Below, piece by piece: positions 45,631-59,114 of a DNA stretch of 64,000 nucleotides. Source of the stretch: Podarcis erhardii (lineage: Eukaryota); NCBI GenBank assembly GCA_964252035.1, contig OZ176211.1. One strand, 5' to 3'. The notes below the pieces were generated by a model. That model saw only the letters and a program-made list of their open reading frames with translations. It searched no databases and was not told the origin of the DNA. The first letter of the stretch is position 1; each line of letters begins with the position of its first letter. A program made the position numbers and the translations under genes.

Positions 45631-47606
45631 CAAAACATTTTGTCATAGGAATATAGTAGTTTGACTCACAAATTACATTTTTATATGTAAGCCTATATTT
45701 TAAATTAACTGCTACACATGTGAAGTGTGAATGTGACAAATATGTGGTACACTTATCAATGAGCTATCATTGGCCAACAGCATAAAAATCTTACCTATTA
45801 CCACTGCACAAATGACTGAGCTGAAGATGGGTGAATCTGTCAACATTGTTTTTTCTCAGTTTCTCCTTTTTCCAATCAGATTTGGTTCACCCCATTGAAA
45901 TATATGTCTGCATTTTCATTAATATCCATTAAAAGTCTGCATGAAAATTCATGTTTTTGGGGGTCTCAGTATTTGCATTTTGTATGAAATTTTGCCTAGG
46001 ATATATGAATTTCTCAAGCCATTTCCCCCTAACAGAAGACATTTTTTGTATGTACCTTTCTCTAGTATAGATCTCTTTGTATACATTTTTGCAATAATAT
46101 ATTTTTACACATGTTCCTTGATTGAAGGACTGCATTGCAAAGTTTGGAGAAATGAGAATTTCAAAGGAGAGCAGTGTTTAGATTTGTGTATTAGTTTGGG
46201 ACCTGTACATTTGGTAGGTTCGCATTAAAATGCAGCTGCTGAGTATTAAGACATCATCCACAATCTGATACTAAACCAGAGATGGAAAAAAGGAAACCCC
46301 TTTGAAATATTCCTAAAGACTGGAAATCACAGAATAAGTGTGTTGTGGGTACAGAAAGCATAGTTAAATTATTTTGAGTACCGGTAAATTACAGGCTGTG
46401 AGGTATTTGCTTTGCTTTCCTCTGAATGCTGGTGCTGAAGGGTTGAATTCAAATGAAAACTGTAAATACAGCAACCTGAACAGTAACAGGATAGCTGCTT
46501 TCTTTGCCAGAAATTTGTAGGAGGAAGTGTTTGCAGGGATACCTGATGTGTTTGTGTCATCACAGGCTTTGTGTCACCCTGTGTACAAAATGAGAGGGTG
46601 TCCCAGAATCCACTCTACTGTTTTAGAGGATTGTGGGGGCACTTTAAGAGCTTGCAAGAAGCAGCAAAAGAGTATGGGCTTAAGACGGTGCATTTGGTAC
46701 CCATAGAGAAATCTCCTAATGGGCCACTCTTGGTGACATGATTGGGTCCATGAATATAGCCCATAGAATGTGGACTGCCATGAAACACAACTTAAAATGG
46801 GAGGCTCTCTCAACCATTTGTACAGCAGTTTCTGAACTTCCTGTGCTACAAGAGCCCTGTGTGACCTTTGGGCATGGTCACAAAAAACTAATTTGTAAAA
46901 TAGCAACAACCACAGCAGCAACAACAAGAAGATGTGGATGTTGAGTAGTGTCCCAAATAAGATAATCTCTCTACATTTTGTACTGTCGCTGGAGAACTGC
47001 TAAATCTGCCAGCCCTACTTGGTAACTGGTTATACTGTATAGTGCATTTTGGTATTCTTAAATCATGTGCCTGAACAAAAGAGAAGAGTGTTACATCCTC
47101 CCTTGAATTAGAAAATGCTATTTATAGAGGATTTCTGGAAGTTTTACTGCATGGCTCATTACTCAGGTGTCTTTGTAACAGGTCAGCAAAAACGTACATC
47201 TTGCACACACAAAATGCAGTCCTGCAGAAACTAACAAGATAGCGAGATACCATATTATAGCCATTTGGGGGCCATAAGAGGGAGGGAAGAGGATAGTTTG
47301 AGAGAAAGCTTTGACTGTCTTTGGAAATGATGATACTTCATAAGCCAATAATGTATTTCCAGACCATCATCACACTTACGGTTTTGTGTGGGTGGGTGGG
47401 GGATTCCACAAAACATGTTTAGGAGTTTGATTCCTAGTCTGAAATACATCTTCCATGTCCAAGAAGACTTTGGCATTCTTAAAAAGCAGATTCTAGGCAG
47501 CTATTGCATGCAAGAAGGTTTCTGTCAGAAAATGAAATTCTTACTCAAATGAGAACTAAACACAACCTAGCTCAGGCAAAAATGTGAACAAAACATTAGG
47601 ACCAAA

Positions 47607-47651
<45 letters not shown>
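47607..47651. repeat. (CA)n microsatellite
   Basis: Directly visible. Confidence 0.95.
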
Positions 47652-47655
<4 letters not shown>

Positions 47656-47934
47656 TTTTAAAGTATTAAAGATACATTTAAAAATCAGATAAGGGGGATA
47701 AGGAAATTGCAGGAAAGCTTTGCAAAAAATAAATCATTGCATCTGTACTTGCAGCAGAAGATGTAGGGAAGCTACAAGGACTCCCACAACTGAAGGCATT
47801 TTTGTTCTGACAAGCTTTTGCAGTGTGTGGAAAGTAGACAGAGAAGTCCCCCCACCCCATAACACTAGGATTTGGGGTCATCTGATGAAACTGAATGGAG
47901 GAAGATTCAGGAGAGACACACAGTAATTTGCTGC

Positions 47935-48123
47935 CATAAAGGCCCTGCTGGATCAGATCAAAGACTCATTTAGTACAGCATCCTGTCCTCACGGCTAGCT
48001 TGATGGTTATGGAAAGTCTACATGGCAGACTGAGTGAAATAGCGCTCTCCCCACTTGTGATGTGGTGAAGCAAATTTAGATGGCCTTGGGCTGATCCAGA
48101 AGGCACCCTCTTATGTTCTTATG
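47935..48123. mobile_element. Two CR1 3' tails in opposite orientation (minus 47935-48060, plus 48075-48123)
   Basis: ggccctgctggatcag...cagcatcctgtcctcac versus gggctgatccagaaggcaccctcttatgttcttatg. Confidence 0.7.
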
Positions 48124-48712
48124 AAACTTTACTATATAGCCTTACGTTTGCTAAACAGCTTTCATTAGAAAAAGTCTACTCCTTTCAGTAGGCTGGTGAA
48201 ATTAGTTAATTGGCCTTTTGCTACAAACTTCGTAGTGACTGGAATTTTTGAGTCAGGCAAAGCTACGGTTTAAGAGAAAGTGAAGCAACCTTGGCAACAA
48301 TTAAGCTTTCTATTCAAAGCAGATAAGGTAATGGCCAGATGGGGGAAAAGAGAGGTGCAATAAAACTAAGAGGGTTAACTTCTGAATATTCATTGTTCTT
48401 CCCAATCAAATGAAATATCGCACAATGTACAGATTTGTAGACTCGCCTGGTGTTAAGACAAGAATGTTAAAACAGCTTTCAATCTTCTCCTGAGGTAACA
48501 GCACATGTGAGAGGGGAAATCGTTATTTCCATGGACTTTTTGATTCAGCATGCATGTATATATTTAATTTCAGAGATGATATCATAACTCCATTTTCCAG
48601 TCATCTCATGATAAAGTGGATAATATAGCACACTGAAGTCTTTATTCTCCCTCCAGAAAAGTGTTATTAAAGTTGAAGGACACATTCCAGAAAAGGAAAT
48701 AAAAGCCCTAAA

Positions 48713-48850
48713 GCAGGGCTTCCCAAACATGGTTCACCAGCTATGGTTGGACTACAGCTCCCTTCATCCCTGACCACCGGTCCTGTTAGCTAGGGATGGT
48801 GGAATTTATACTCCACAAACAGCTGGAGACCCGGGTTTGGGAAATCCCAC
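48713..48850. mobile_element. hAT-like hairpin MITE
   Basis: cagggcttcccaaac...ccagct...ggactacagctccc / agctggagacccgggtttgggaaatccc. Confidence 0.75.
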
Positions 48851-50457
48851 CCTAAAGGATGGTTTGAATTAGGGAAGTGGGAGGGGGGTGTCCTGAGGAG
48901 AGAGCTGAGGGCTAGATGGAAAGGCCTGGAAGGCTATATTCAGCCCCCAGGTCCCTCATCTAAGAGAAATCATATCTCAAATCTGCAATAGTTAATCATT
49001 GAGAAAACCCAGCATCTTACACTACTAGTGCTTGATCTGAGCAAGTGCTGTTTAATGTTTAAAGCCCAACAGTGAACTGCAAATGGTGTTTAATGAATTT
49101 TTAAAATTAGTTTTGATCATCTGCAAAGGCCATTAGTGCAGGCTGGTGCAGATGCTAAACTCAGGGAAGACTGGACTATGGGAGACCAGACCTCAGCTAT
49201 CATCGGTCTCTAAGCCATAGCTCAGTTTTGCACTTAAAATTGAGGAGTGCAGATTTGCTTCCCAAAGTGGGCACAGAAGATGCCAGGATATGGAGCCACC
49301 AACTGAATCTCCTTAAATAGAAAAACTGACCTAGTATTGGTCCCGAAAATGAAATTTTCAGGTGTCTGAATGCAAAGAGAATGCAAAGTAGATCTGCATT
49401 CTTGGTTATAAAAGATGTCAGTTGTCAAATGTTATAGGAAAGAAATAAAGAGCACTACAACCCCTACATAAGACGTTTACAACTGTACTCAGTTTTTGGA
49501 TATATTATTTTCTAGGCTTCTTCCATTATCATGTTCCTCTGACTCAGCATTTTAAAGAGATTGGAATGTAATGAACTTTTTATGAACTAAGATATGGGTG
49601 GTTACCTCTAATGAATCATTGAGACAGAAGTTCCTTTCAATGAGAAGCTATTTGTACTAGACAAAATGAATCAAGTTAAAGTTTTAATTGTTATTTCTCT
49701 TCCTTTTTCTCAAAAAAAGAAAAAGAAAAAGAAGTATAAACCAATCAAGACAGAACTTAGAAAAAGAAAGTTTGACTTAGACTTTGCTAGTAATACTGCA
49801 AAAACATCCAGAATGTAAACACCATAGGATGGATCCAGACTGAATTAAGTACTGTTGAAATCCATGGAACAAGTTAGGTGTGGCTTAAATCTTACTGGCT
49901 TATTTGGGAAATGAATCCTACCTACTTAATCTGGACCCAGCCTAAGTATTATTATTTTTCAGATGTGCAATTTGTCATGAAATTGAACTGAAACACCTGC
50001 AATGCTATTCGATAAAAAGAGGTGCCAGAACTTACCATGAACAGCTCCCTTGTAATGGCAATGGTGCTGGAACTGAGTTCCAATGAGTTCCGAATGAGAA
50101 AAAGCCCTGCACCTAAGTAAATTCAACTGAGATGAACACTACACCATTCAAATGAACATCCCCCCCCCACCTTGTCTTGAGATTACTGGGCCAATGTGAG
50201 AAGCCACAAGGAAGCTGTTTCCACACCAGTTGTGGAATTGGAGTTTAATCCCTGGTCACAATCTGCTATTCTAGTACAGACTCTTCCCTACTCAGAAAGT
50301 ATATCAAATGCATCCATGAACACATTTCTAATGGAGGGAATCCAGAAAATTGCAGGCAGAGTTATGCCCATGCGATGGTTCTTTTTCACCTTCTCCATTC
50401 CACTGCGTCCCAGTACATCTCCTAAAAAGCCATTGTCAAGGGTCAAGGGATCCCCTA

Positions 50458-50578
50458 CAGCAGTGTTCTTCAATCGTGGGTCCCCAGATGTTGTTGGGCT
50501 ACCATTTCCACCATCCATGGCCATTGGCTAAATTGGAGTTGTCGTTCCACAAAATCTGGGGACCCAAGGCTGAAGACA
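50458..50578. mobile_element. hAT-like hairpin MITE, degenerate
   Basis: cagcagtgttcttcaatcgtgggtccccagatg / atctggggacccaaggctgaagacaac. Confidence 0.65.
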
Positions 50579-52460
50579 ACAGATGGAAGGAAGCAGAACT
50601 AGGAAGCTTCAGCTGGAGAGGGAATGCGGAGGCCCCACATGTACAAAAATGAAGGGCCTTCTCTGAGCCCTGCCCAATGTCAGGAATTAGCAATCCCATT
50701 TATTGACAGATTTAAGCCCTCTTTGGGTATTGTCCAACCCCTTGTTGAACATGGGCGCAAGAAGCAGGGCTATATTGAATGGCTCTGTCCTGGACATTGC
50801 ACATGGTGTCTTGGTGTCTGCTTATACAGCCGTCATCCCTCAAGAGGGCCTCATATTCATGCTGTATGTGTAGACATCAGGGAGTAGCACACAACAGCAG
50901 GGTTGAAGCTACTCGGCTCCTCACTCCTTTGTTATTTAGTCTTACCTTCTGCGCATCTACCGCCTTAGCAATCTTGTCATATTTGTGTTCCTTGTTGTTT
51001 TACATTCTTGGAGGCTCAGCTCTTTCTTTCAGAGTCCAGGTGTTCGGAAGTGTGCCATAGGACTAACAATCACTTTCTTTGTTATATTTATTGCAAAAGA
51101 AAAAGATGTCGGTGTTTGATTAGTGAACCTCTGGAAGATTATTACTGGATTTATTTTACCTCTGGGGAAATACTGGTGTGTTCAGTTTCCACCGTGTTCA
51201 TTCTTCACGACATCTTTTGTGTGTGTTTTTTAAAATATGCAGCTAACCACAAGCTAGGCATTTTTTGAACTTGAGCAAAGGAAAAATGAGTGCCTCCCAG
51301 CTGCTCTAACTGTAAATGTAACAAAAATAATTAAAGGTAATTAAGTGTTGTGTGTGTGCAGAGATTGAGGGGGTAGGTAGCAAGCAACTAAAGCGATTTT
51401 GCAAGTAGACAGATCTTATCTATCAATGCTCATGGCTAAAGGGAGAAGAAAGGAAAAGAAAGGAGAAATTATGTGCCTTTCACTATTGAGGTAAGCATGG
51501 AATGATTTTTCCCAGTTCATATTAAGTGTGGTTCAGGCTGGAGGAACCTGGATTCAAGCCACGTCTTTCAGTATGTGGCTTTGATTACATCAAACTTTTG
51601 TACTTGTTTTTCAAAAGGTTGCACAGATATGATAATAATAATCTATCTCTTTTTTTGTTTTTGTTTTTTAAATGTAGCCTGCCTTACCACTGTCCAAGGC
51701 ACCTTTCATAAGAATTAAAACCACAGTATTAAATGCAATAAAAACAATACTGAAATTGAAACTAAAATGGCAGTGCCCTCCACATTCAGGACCATCAGGA
51801 CATAGCTGACCTCCCATGGTATGTTTGTCAGGGGAAGGCAGGACTGCCTCTCTCGTTTTGACAGCCATTTTGTGTTACGACATGCACCTCCATAGCAGCA
51901 GCTGTTTTGTGACTGGCAGCTCCAGCACTCTTTCAAAATTGTAAAATGTGCCTGCTGATCTGAAAAGGTTGGCGACCCCTGGTCTAGGGACTGGCATGAA
52001 CAAACATTTCACCTACCATCTCAGAGAACAAGGCTTTCAACCAATTCCTTTGTGAGAAAAGAAACCTTTCCTTTCCCTCAGTTCTTAAGCTCTCGAGGAA
52101 GCGGGGACTGGCACAAAATGCTTGCTGCTGATAATTGTGTGCAGAAAGAAGGCCTCATGACCCAGTGAACATAAGGCAACTGGCCCTCTGCCCTTTTGTT
52201 ATTTAAAGCTATATTCTAGTGGAGGAAAAACCAGGCTGATAGAAATCAAATTCATTAAGATTCTGTGTCACTGAAATCTTGTCTAGTGATGGCTTTAAAT
52301 TCTTTTCAGTTTTATCCCCTAAAGACCATTTGGAATGTGACCCTGGCGGCCCACACTTGTCTTCTTCAATCAGGCCCACCTTTCTTGTTATCTGCCACCT
52401 GTAGGGGTCTGGCTAAAGTCAAAGTCATTATTTCTGGATCTGAACGTCCTCATGTGGAAA

Positions 52461-52499
<39 letters not shown>

Positions 52500-52526
52500 A
52501 GGAGAGGGAGACAGAGACAGAGAGAG
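52461..52526. repeat. (CA)n(GA)n compound microsatellite
   Basis: Directly visible. Confidence 0.93.
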
Positions 52527-52804
52527 ACTTCTCTTGCTATTACATGTAGTCGAGCAATACAGGGCATGGGGCATGTTTGTATATCTTTAAAGAGATTGTA
52601 TTGCAGATATATAAATATAAACATGATTTGGGGGTTCTGTTAGTTAAAGAAAAATAAAGGACAAAAGCTTGAGTACAGAGGAGCATATTTATTATATCCA
52701 ATTCTTTTATGGAAGATTGTGGTTGCTGGCTAATTGTATCTCCTCCTTGCCCTCACATCAGCCTCATTGCAACCCTAAAGTTGGACTGAAGCCCAGGTGA
52801 AGGA

Positions 52805-53046
52805 AAGGCCATATCTCAGTGATAGCATATCGGCTTTGTCACCCAGTGCTGACAATACTGAGCTACCTATATGGACTTAATGGTCTGATTCAGTATAAGG
52901 CAGCTTCCTGTTTCCATTTAAACCACCCCATTATGGAGACCATGAGGACTTTAAATTTACCGTCTGGCTGTTCACTGTGAGAACAAGATCCTGGACTAAA
53001 TGGGCCACTGGACTCAACCCAGAAGTCTATTCTTATGTTCTTATGA
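52805..53046 (+). mobile_element. Internally deleted Squam2 SINE (52805-52915) followed by a CR1 3' tail (52960-53046)
   Basis: gacaatactgagcta...atggtctgattcagtataaggcagcttcct; then ctggactaaatgggccactgg...ttcttatgttcttatg. Confidence 0.7.
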
Positions 53047-53357
53047 GTTAAGAAGGAACTTATTTCAAAGGTTCTAACACCACACTTAATGCTACCTATT
53101 CATTCTGTAAGGTTGAGAAGATAGGTGATAGGCAGACAACCCAAGGGATTTTTTGCTTCCAGCATTCAAAATAAAAACTATGCAAGCTAATATAACTGTC
53201 TGGAGTGTAACTGCATCCTGTTGAAGTATGGGATGGAGCCTGTGGAGATCATGCTAATAAGGGCTATGAACTCTGCTCAGGTTGGGTTCCTTCCACACAC
53301 ACTGCAAGTGATGCAAGGCTCAAGTGCATCTCTGCATGTTTATTCTGCACGGGGTAG

Positions 53358-53495
53358 GTTAGGATGGGGAATCAGTGGCCCTCTGGAAGTTGCTAGACTA
53401 TAACTCCCATCAACCCTAACCATTGATGATGCTGGCTGGGACTGATGGGAGCTGGAATCCAACAACATCTGGAGGGTCACAGTTTCCACATCCCT
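53358..53495. mobile_element. hAT-like hairpin MITE
   Basis: ggccctctggaagttgctagactataactcccatca / tgatgggagctggaatccaacaacatctggagggtca. Confidence 0.75.
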
Positions 53496-55664
53496 TGGAC
53501 AGATAAAGGAAAAGATCTTTCACAAAGATTTTGTAATCTCAGTTGTTAAGAGATGTCTATTCCCCTCACAAAGCTGTGATTCCCAGAGTGTTTATTAAAA
53601 CACTTCCTTTTCCCATAGAACTCAGGTATTTTACTGCTTTAAATGCATAGTGCAGATTGGGCTACGGCCAACAACTCATACATTGCAGTATATGAAATAA
53701 GGATTTTATTTAAAAACATACTTCTTTATTTTTCAATCATTTTCCCCCTGCAACATAAAAAGAAACTCCCAAATGAAATTTATCTGCTTCCGTTTTAGTT
53801 AATACTTAAAGCACTTTGGCAAAATAATTTATCCATTAATAATCACTGATACTTGAATATAAGATTGGCATTGATCCGGATCCTGCTTTTTTGAGGACAT
53901 TTACCGTAGCAAAAGGCATTACTACTGCAGTGAGTCCCAACAGCATGCAATGATTCCCTATCAGGAGACATTAAATCATAAATTAATATGGGTCATCTGC
54001 AAATCCATCTGCTGCTGAGGAACTAAAGAGAAGCATTTGCAAAAGGCTTTAGATTTAACTGTGTAGAACTTCTAAAGATTTACAAAGACAGAAATGGCAA
54101 TTTAGCACTTTGCTAGAAGAATGTCTTTTTTGGTGTGGGTCTCTTTTTAAATCAATATTATCACTAATCCCAGAAGCAGCACAATATTTTGTTTCTACCT
54201 TTTCCAGTTTGAGTAGCATGGAATTCCAACCACAAATAAATGGCATTTAAGTTTTAAAAATAATATTGTAAAACAAAATGAAACACACCCAAAAACTTTC
54301 TTAAATGGGGTGGGGGGGATAATGTTTAAAGCTCAACCTCCTCCTAACTTTTTCTTATTTCTTAATTCAGATCTCCACAAAAGTCAGGCATGGAACTGCA
54401 AAATTTGAAAGGTACAAAAAAAATGCCTCAGGGCCTCGAACTGACAAGCAGCCCATTTTTAAAATTATTTTCTTATCTTCATACCTTTATAGCCTACCTT
54501 TCCCCAACTGTAGAACAACAACATGCATTTGTTCTTACAAGGTGACTTGCTGGATACCAAAAAAAATCCATATAATATCAACTTTAGATTAGCCTTTGTG
54601 ATTTGAAATCATTTTTATGGTTATATAAATAGGCCAGAGAAAACAGTCTTCACTTTTATCTGTGCATCTAATTGGTAAAAAAATAAAGGACATGTTTTTA
54701 AAATTATGTTTTCCTATCACAATACCAACTTCTTCTGGCCTGCAAGAATTAAAGAGATAAATTTCATTATTCAACACACACTAGCAAACAGAGTTTTGTG
54801 GGGGAATGTATGCGGGATTTCAAGGGACATGCTAATTCATTGGTCCAGGTAATTACAGGGAATGCTATAGTAAAAACATCAGAGTGGTTTACAACAAACC
54901 CTGAACCCTTCTTTTTTATTATTTCGGGATACAGATGATAGCATAAATAATTTCCCTGCATGCTATAGGAACAACGAGGGGGGGGGGGGAATTTACCTCT
55001 GAGAATATCTGTAATATCCATGGGTATATAAATCCTAGGAAATTTAAGGGGTGGTTCACAAGCCATTTATATTGATATAGTTTTATAGGAATCAATAGGC
55101 TCCAGGTAGCAAAACAGGCCTAACTGCTATTTTAGTAGAATACTAAATGTCTGCATCATTCTTCTTCTACACAGTACATGCCAGATTCACTGGAACCAAT
55201 ATGGTGTCATGGCTCTACTATTATTTCCATTCAGTTATGAAATCCAGTGGGTGGCCTTGGGCAAGTTACAGTTGCTCAGTCTAGTCTCCTTCACAGAGTT
55301 CAGATAGGAAGGGTAGGGTGCATAGAAGAGAAGTAATATTTCCTTCCCAAATGTCGGTTTTATGACTTGGTGCTCAAGTGTCAGCTGGGCATAAAATATT
55401 AAAACAGATATTCTTGGGGGAAGCAAGCTTGTAGTTAGTGGTGTCTAAGGTAGAACTGTAGCTGTTTCTGAAATACATGTCCATCACTTGTTGACTGATG
55501 GAACCTTATATAAATACTCATGACATACAAACCCAGAAGCATCATGGGAACCTCTTTGGAGTATGCCTAGCCCAGCCCAGATGTGCACATGGAGTGTGAG
55601 TCATGTCTAAGGACCACACATGCATGTGAAGGGCCCACATATGTCAGCAACACAGCAAGCATCA

Positions 55665-55875
55665 TAGAAATGGAACTTTAGCATCAAATTGTGGTACCCA
55701 GAACCAGACACAGTACTCCAGATGTGGTCTGACCAAGGCAGAATAGAGTTGGACTATTACTTCCCTTGACAATATACTTCTGTTGATGCAGCCTAGAATA
55801 GCATTAGCTTTGTTTTGCTGCTGCATCATGCTCATGTTAAGCTTGTGGTCTACTAAGACCCCTAGATCCTTTTGT
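55665..55875 (-). mobile_element. CR1 ORF2 fragment, C-terminal to the RT core
   Basis: acacagtactccagatgtggtctgaccaaggcagaatagag...gcagcctagaatagcattagc...aagacccctagatcc, a typical reversed CR1 segment. Confidence 0.8.
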
Positions 55876-55879
55876 ACTA

Positions 55880-56010
55880 CAGTGGTACCTCGGGTTAAGT
55901 ACTTAATTCGTTCCGGAGGTCTGTTCTTAACCTGAAACTGTTCTTAACCTGAAGCACCACTTTAGCTAATGGGGCCTCCTGCTGCCGCCGGAGCACAATT
56001 TCTGTTCTTA
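55880..56010. mobile_element. Truncated copy of the 226-bp Tc1/mariner MITE
   Basis: TA + cagtggtacctcgggttaagtacttaattcgttccggagg...; second TIR absent. Confidence 0.85.
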
Positions 56011-57026
56011 TTAAAGACATTTAAATATCCTTTTCACATGTACTACTGGCAATCCAGGTGTTGTTTGTTTGCATGTTGCTTTTCCAGAAGTTTGTGTTCA
56101 AAACAGCTCACAACATATCAATTAACAATAGGTATGCCAATCCAAAACAACAACAATAGAAACAATTGCAAATAACCATTGTCTCCATAAGTAAGCACAT
56201 CATTAATATATAAATCAACACAACTTTGTAGGGAATGCAAATTACCCAGTCGAACATCTTAAAACTATAATACAAGGCCCAATAGGTTTGAGTCTTCATC
56301 CTATAATGTTTTGGTCCTGAAATTTGTGAAAGTGGTTCAGCAAGCTTTTAGGACTTCGCTGATGATTCACATACTAGAATGAGCACAATTTAAGTAATTG
56401 CAATGAAATCAATTACCTATTCGTTAAATACTGAAATTATATTTTTTTGCTCTCTCCGGTTTTCCTGAAGATCCTTAAACAACTCTGTCTTGGAAACATA
56501 AACTGTAATTTGGCCTCCAGGAAAAAAAGGGGGGGAGGCTAATCCCTCAGCACAATGTAAAATGCTTAAGCAGATGTTTATGAAAATCTGTGTCCTTGGG
56601 CCATGTATAGATTTGCTATGCTACAGTTGTCATCATAAGCTACTAAAGAATTTGCAAAGCTGCATTAAAGATTACCAAAGTTAAAATCCTAGAATTAGAG
56701 AACTAGATGACCCCAAAGTCCCATTGTGTCTAAACCTTTCCTGCATGGCAGCACCACCCAACTGGCAGGAGCACCATTTACAGTAGGTGGTATGTGGGAG
56801 GCAGTGTGTCACCTCCAGAATTTCAAACCACAGAGCACCTATTATTTTGGACTAGTTCATTAACTCTACATTCTACATATTCCCCCAAGAAGCCCTGTGT
56901 ATTAGCAAAACGATTGACCAAATCAGCCAAAATGATTTACTTCTTTGTGGTCATTCTCTAGTTGAGATTCCATTATAAACAGAGAAGCAATGCCATGGAC
57001 TCACTTTTTTAAAAAATATATGTGCA

Positions 57027-57700
57027 AAAACAACAAGGAGTCTTGTGGCACTTTAAAAATTAAAAATGTGTTGTGATGTAAGCTTTTGTGGACTACACAC
57101 ATAGATGATTTTGCTTGTGTGTGCATTGTGTGTGTGTGGTGAATTATAAACAGTGAGGTCAGAAAGATATGACATGTACAGGTGGTGATAAATCACCTTA
57201 CTAACGGTGGCCATTCATAAAAAAACTAGGTGCTAACACACATCCTGGCACTGGTAAGCCAACATGATAAAAATCAGTTGTGCCAACTCAGTCCACAAGT
57301 GATAGCACTGAACCTCTTGATGTATCCAGTGGTTTTATGTTGTAATCTCCTCTGAAGTTCCTTTGATTAAGGGTGGCCAGTTACAAAGTGTCCTGGGAGG
57401 CTGAAGTATTTCCACAAGCCACGTCCAATGACAGATTTGTTTCCATTATTCTTTTCCATAGAGACTGGCCTCTTTGCACCATGTACAATGCAGAAGAGCA
57501 GTGATGGTGGATGATCACTTATGTCCCTTTGGAAGATGAGCTGGTGAATGAACCACTGGTGGGGTGGATGACATTACCGGGTCCTGTAATACTGCTGTGG
57601 ATGGAGTTGGTGGCATCAGTCTGCCCCAGGGTCTGCTCCCTGTGTAGATATCCCTGTCATTGTTGCTGAGTAGCTGTTTTAAGCAGTGGTGGCTGGTGTC
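57027..57700 (-). mobile_element. Penelope-like element 3' fragment: decayed GIY-YIG endonuclease region and terminal repeat
   Basis: Frameshifted LKQLLSNN..TGSRP, ITGPGNV.H..SGSFT.SSS, CSSALYMVQRGQSLWKRI (~ALYIGQTGQSLRKRI), FSLPGH; ends with the reptile Penelope tail gtagtccacaaaagcttac...aagtgccacaagactccttgttg. Confidence 0.8.
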
Positions 57701-58077
57701 CATTGGGAATGATGGGGTGGAAGGCAGGAAGCCTAGCAGTAGGTGGAGCTAGAGCCAATGAGAGGAAGAGTTTGGAAATTCTAGCTTTGTCTTAGGTTGT
57801 GTGAATGCTCTTTGTAAGCAACTACAGGCCTTCTATCCAAGGCTTGGAAGAGGGAAATGTCATTGTCTGGGATGGGCTGTAGAAAACTGAACATATAGTG
57901 ATTTAGGGAATACAGTGTTTAGGGAAGTTTTTAATGTTGTTGTGTTTTTTTTTTTTTTAATATTCTGTTGGGAGCCACCCAGAGTGGCTGGGGTAATAAA
58001 CAAATAATCTAATTTTGACTTGTAATTGACAACAAGTAGTGTTCTGTCATTTTTCTCTCCTCTAATAGATTCTTTGT

Positions 58078-58160
58078 GGGAAGTAGACTGTAGCCCACAA
58101 AAGCATACGTCATAATAAATTTGTTTGTCTTTCAGGTGCCACCAGTCACTTTTGCTGCAA
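58078..58160 (+). mobile_element. Penelope terminal-repeat fragment, inverted relative to the 57027 copy
   Basis: gaagtagactgtagcccacaaaagcatacgtcataataaatttgtttgtctttcaggtgccac. Confidence 0.7.
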
Positions 58161-58548
58161 GACACTATGTCGCTACCCCTTTTGGAAATGGTTACATATC
58201 TGTGCAGGTAAAATTATGTGGTCTGGATGCTTAAGTACATTGTAGAGTCCATTTAACTTTCTGAGTGTTACACTTCCGCAAATGTACTGCAGTTTTCATT
58301 ACATCTGACTTGATTGGCAGGGTTTAGATAATTTGTTTTCTAATTAACATGGCTTTCTGCTTCATTCTGATTAGCTTCTAGCAGGTAGGTTCAGAGAACG
58401 CAGTTGGCGGTGACAGTATTTTGCTCTCCATGGTAACTAACTTCCTGAGAGATGCTTAATTGCCTGATTGTCTGTTTCGGAAATGCTGCTGTTTTGGATG
58501 CTACCCTTGCCTTCACTTAAACAGAAGAGGTCCTCTTAACCAGTTATA

Positions 58549-58774
58549 CAGTGGTACCTCGGGTTACATACGCTTCAGGTTACACACTCCGCTAACCCAT
58601 ATATAGTGCTTCAGGTTAAGAACTTTGCTTCAGGATAAGAACAGAAATCGTGCTCTGGCGGCGCGGCGGCAGCAGGAGGCCCCATTAGCTAAAGTGGTAC
58701 TTCAGGTTAAGAACAGTTTCAGGTTAAGAACGGACCTCCGAGACGAATTAAGTACTTAACCCGAGGTACCACTG
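58549..58774. mobile_element. 226-bp Tc1/mariner MITE, complete
   Basis: Perfect TIR cagtggtacctcgggtta / taacccgaggtaccactg; TA duplication. Confidence 0.95.
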
Positions 58775-58855
58775 TATAGAGAAGCAAAGGATAGTATAGC
58801 ATGGGGTCTAAACTGCTGGTTGTTGGGCATGTTAGGTTGGTCTTATTTGTACTTA

Positions 58856-59114
58856 CCGTATTTTTCGCTCTATAAGACACACCAGACCACAAGACACACC
58901 TAGTTTTTGGAGGAGGAAAACAAGAAAAAAAATATTCTGAATCTCAGAAGCCAGAATAGCAAAGGGGATCGCTGCGCAGTGAAAGCAGCAATCCCTCTTG
59001 CTGTTCTGGCTTCTGTGATAGCTGCGCAGCCTGCATTCGCTCCATAAGACACACACACTTTCCCCCTTACTTTTTAGGAGGGAAAAAGTGAGTCTTATAG
59101 AGCAAAAAATACGG
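58856..59114. mobile_element. 259-bp pogo/Tigger-like MITE
   Basis: TA + ccgtatttttcgctctataagac / gtcttatagagcaaaaaatacgg + TA; internal hairpin cagaagccagaatagcaa.../ttgctgttctggcttctg. Confidence 0.9.

Noticed and set aside
50288-50524. 78-aa minus ORF (…GFLGDVLGRSGMEKVKKNHRMG…)
   Set aside because: It starts inside a MITE, has no recognisable homology and no consistent splice partners.
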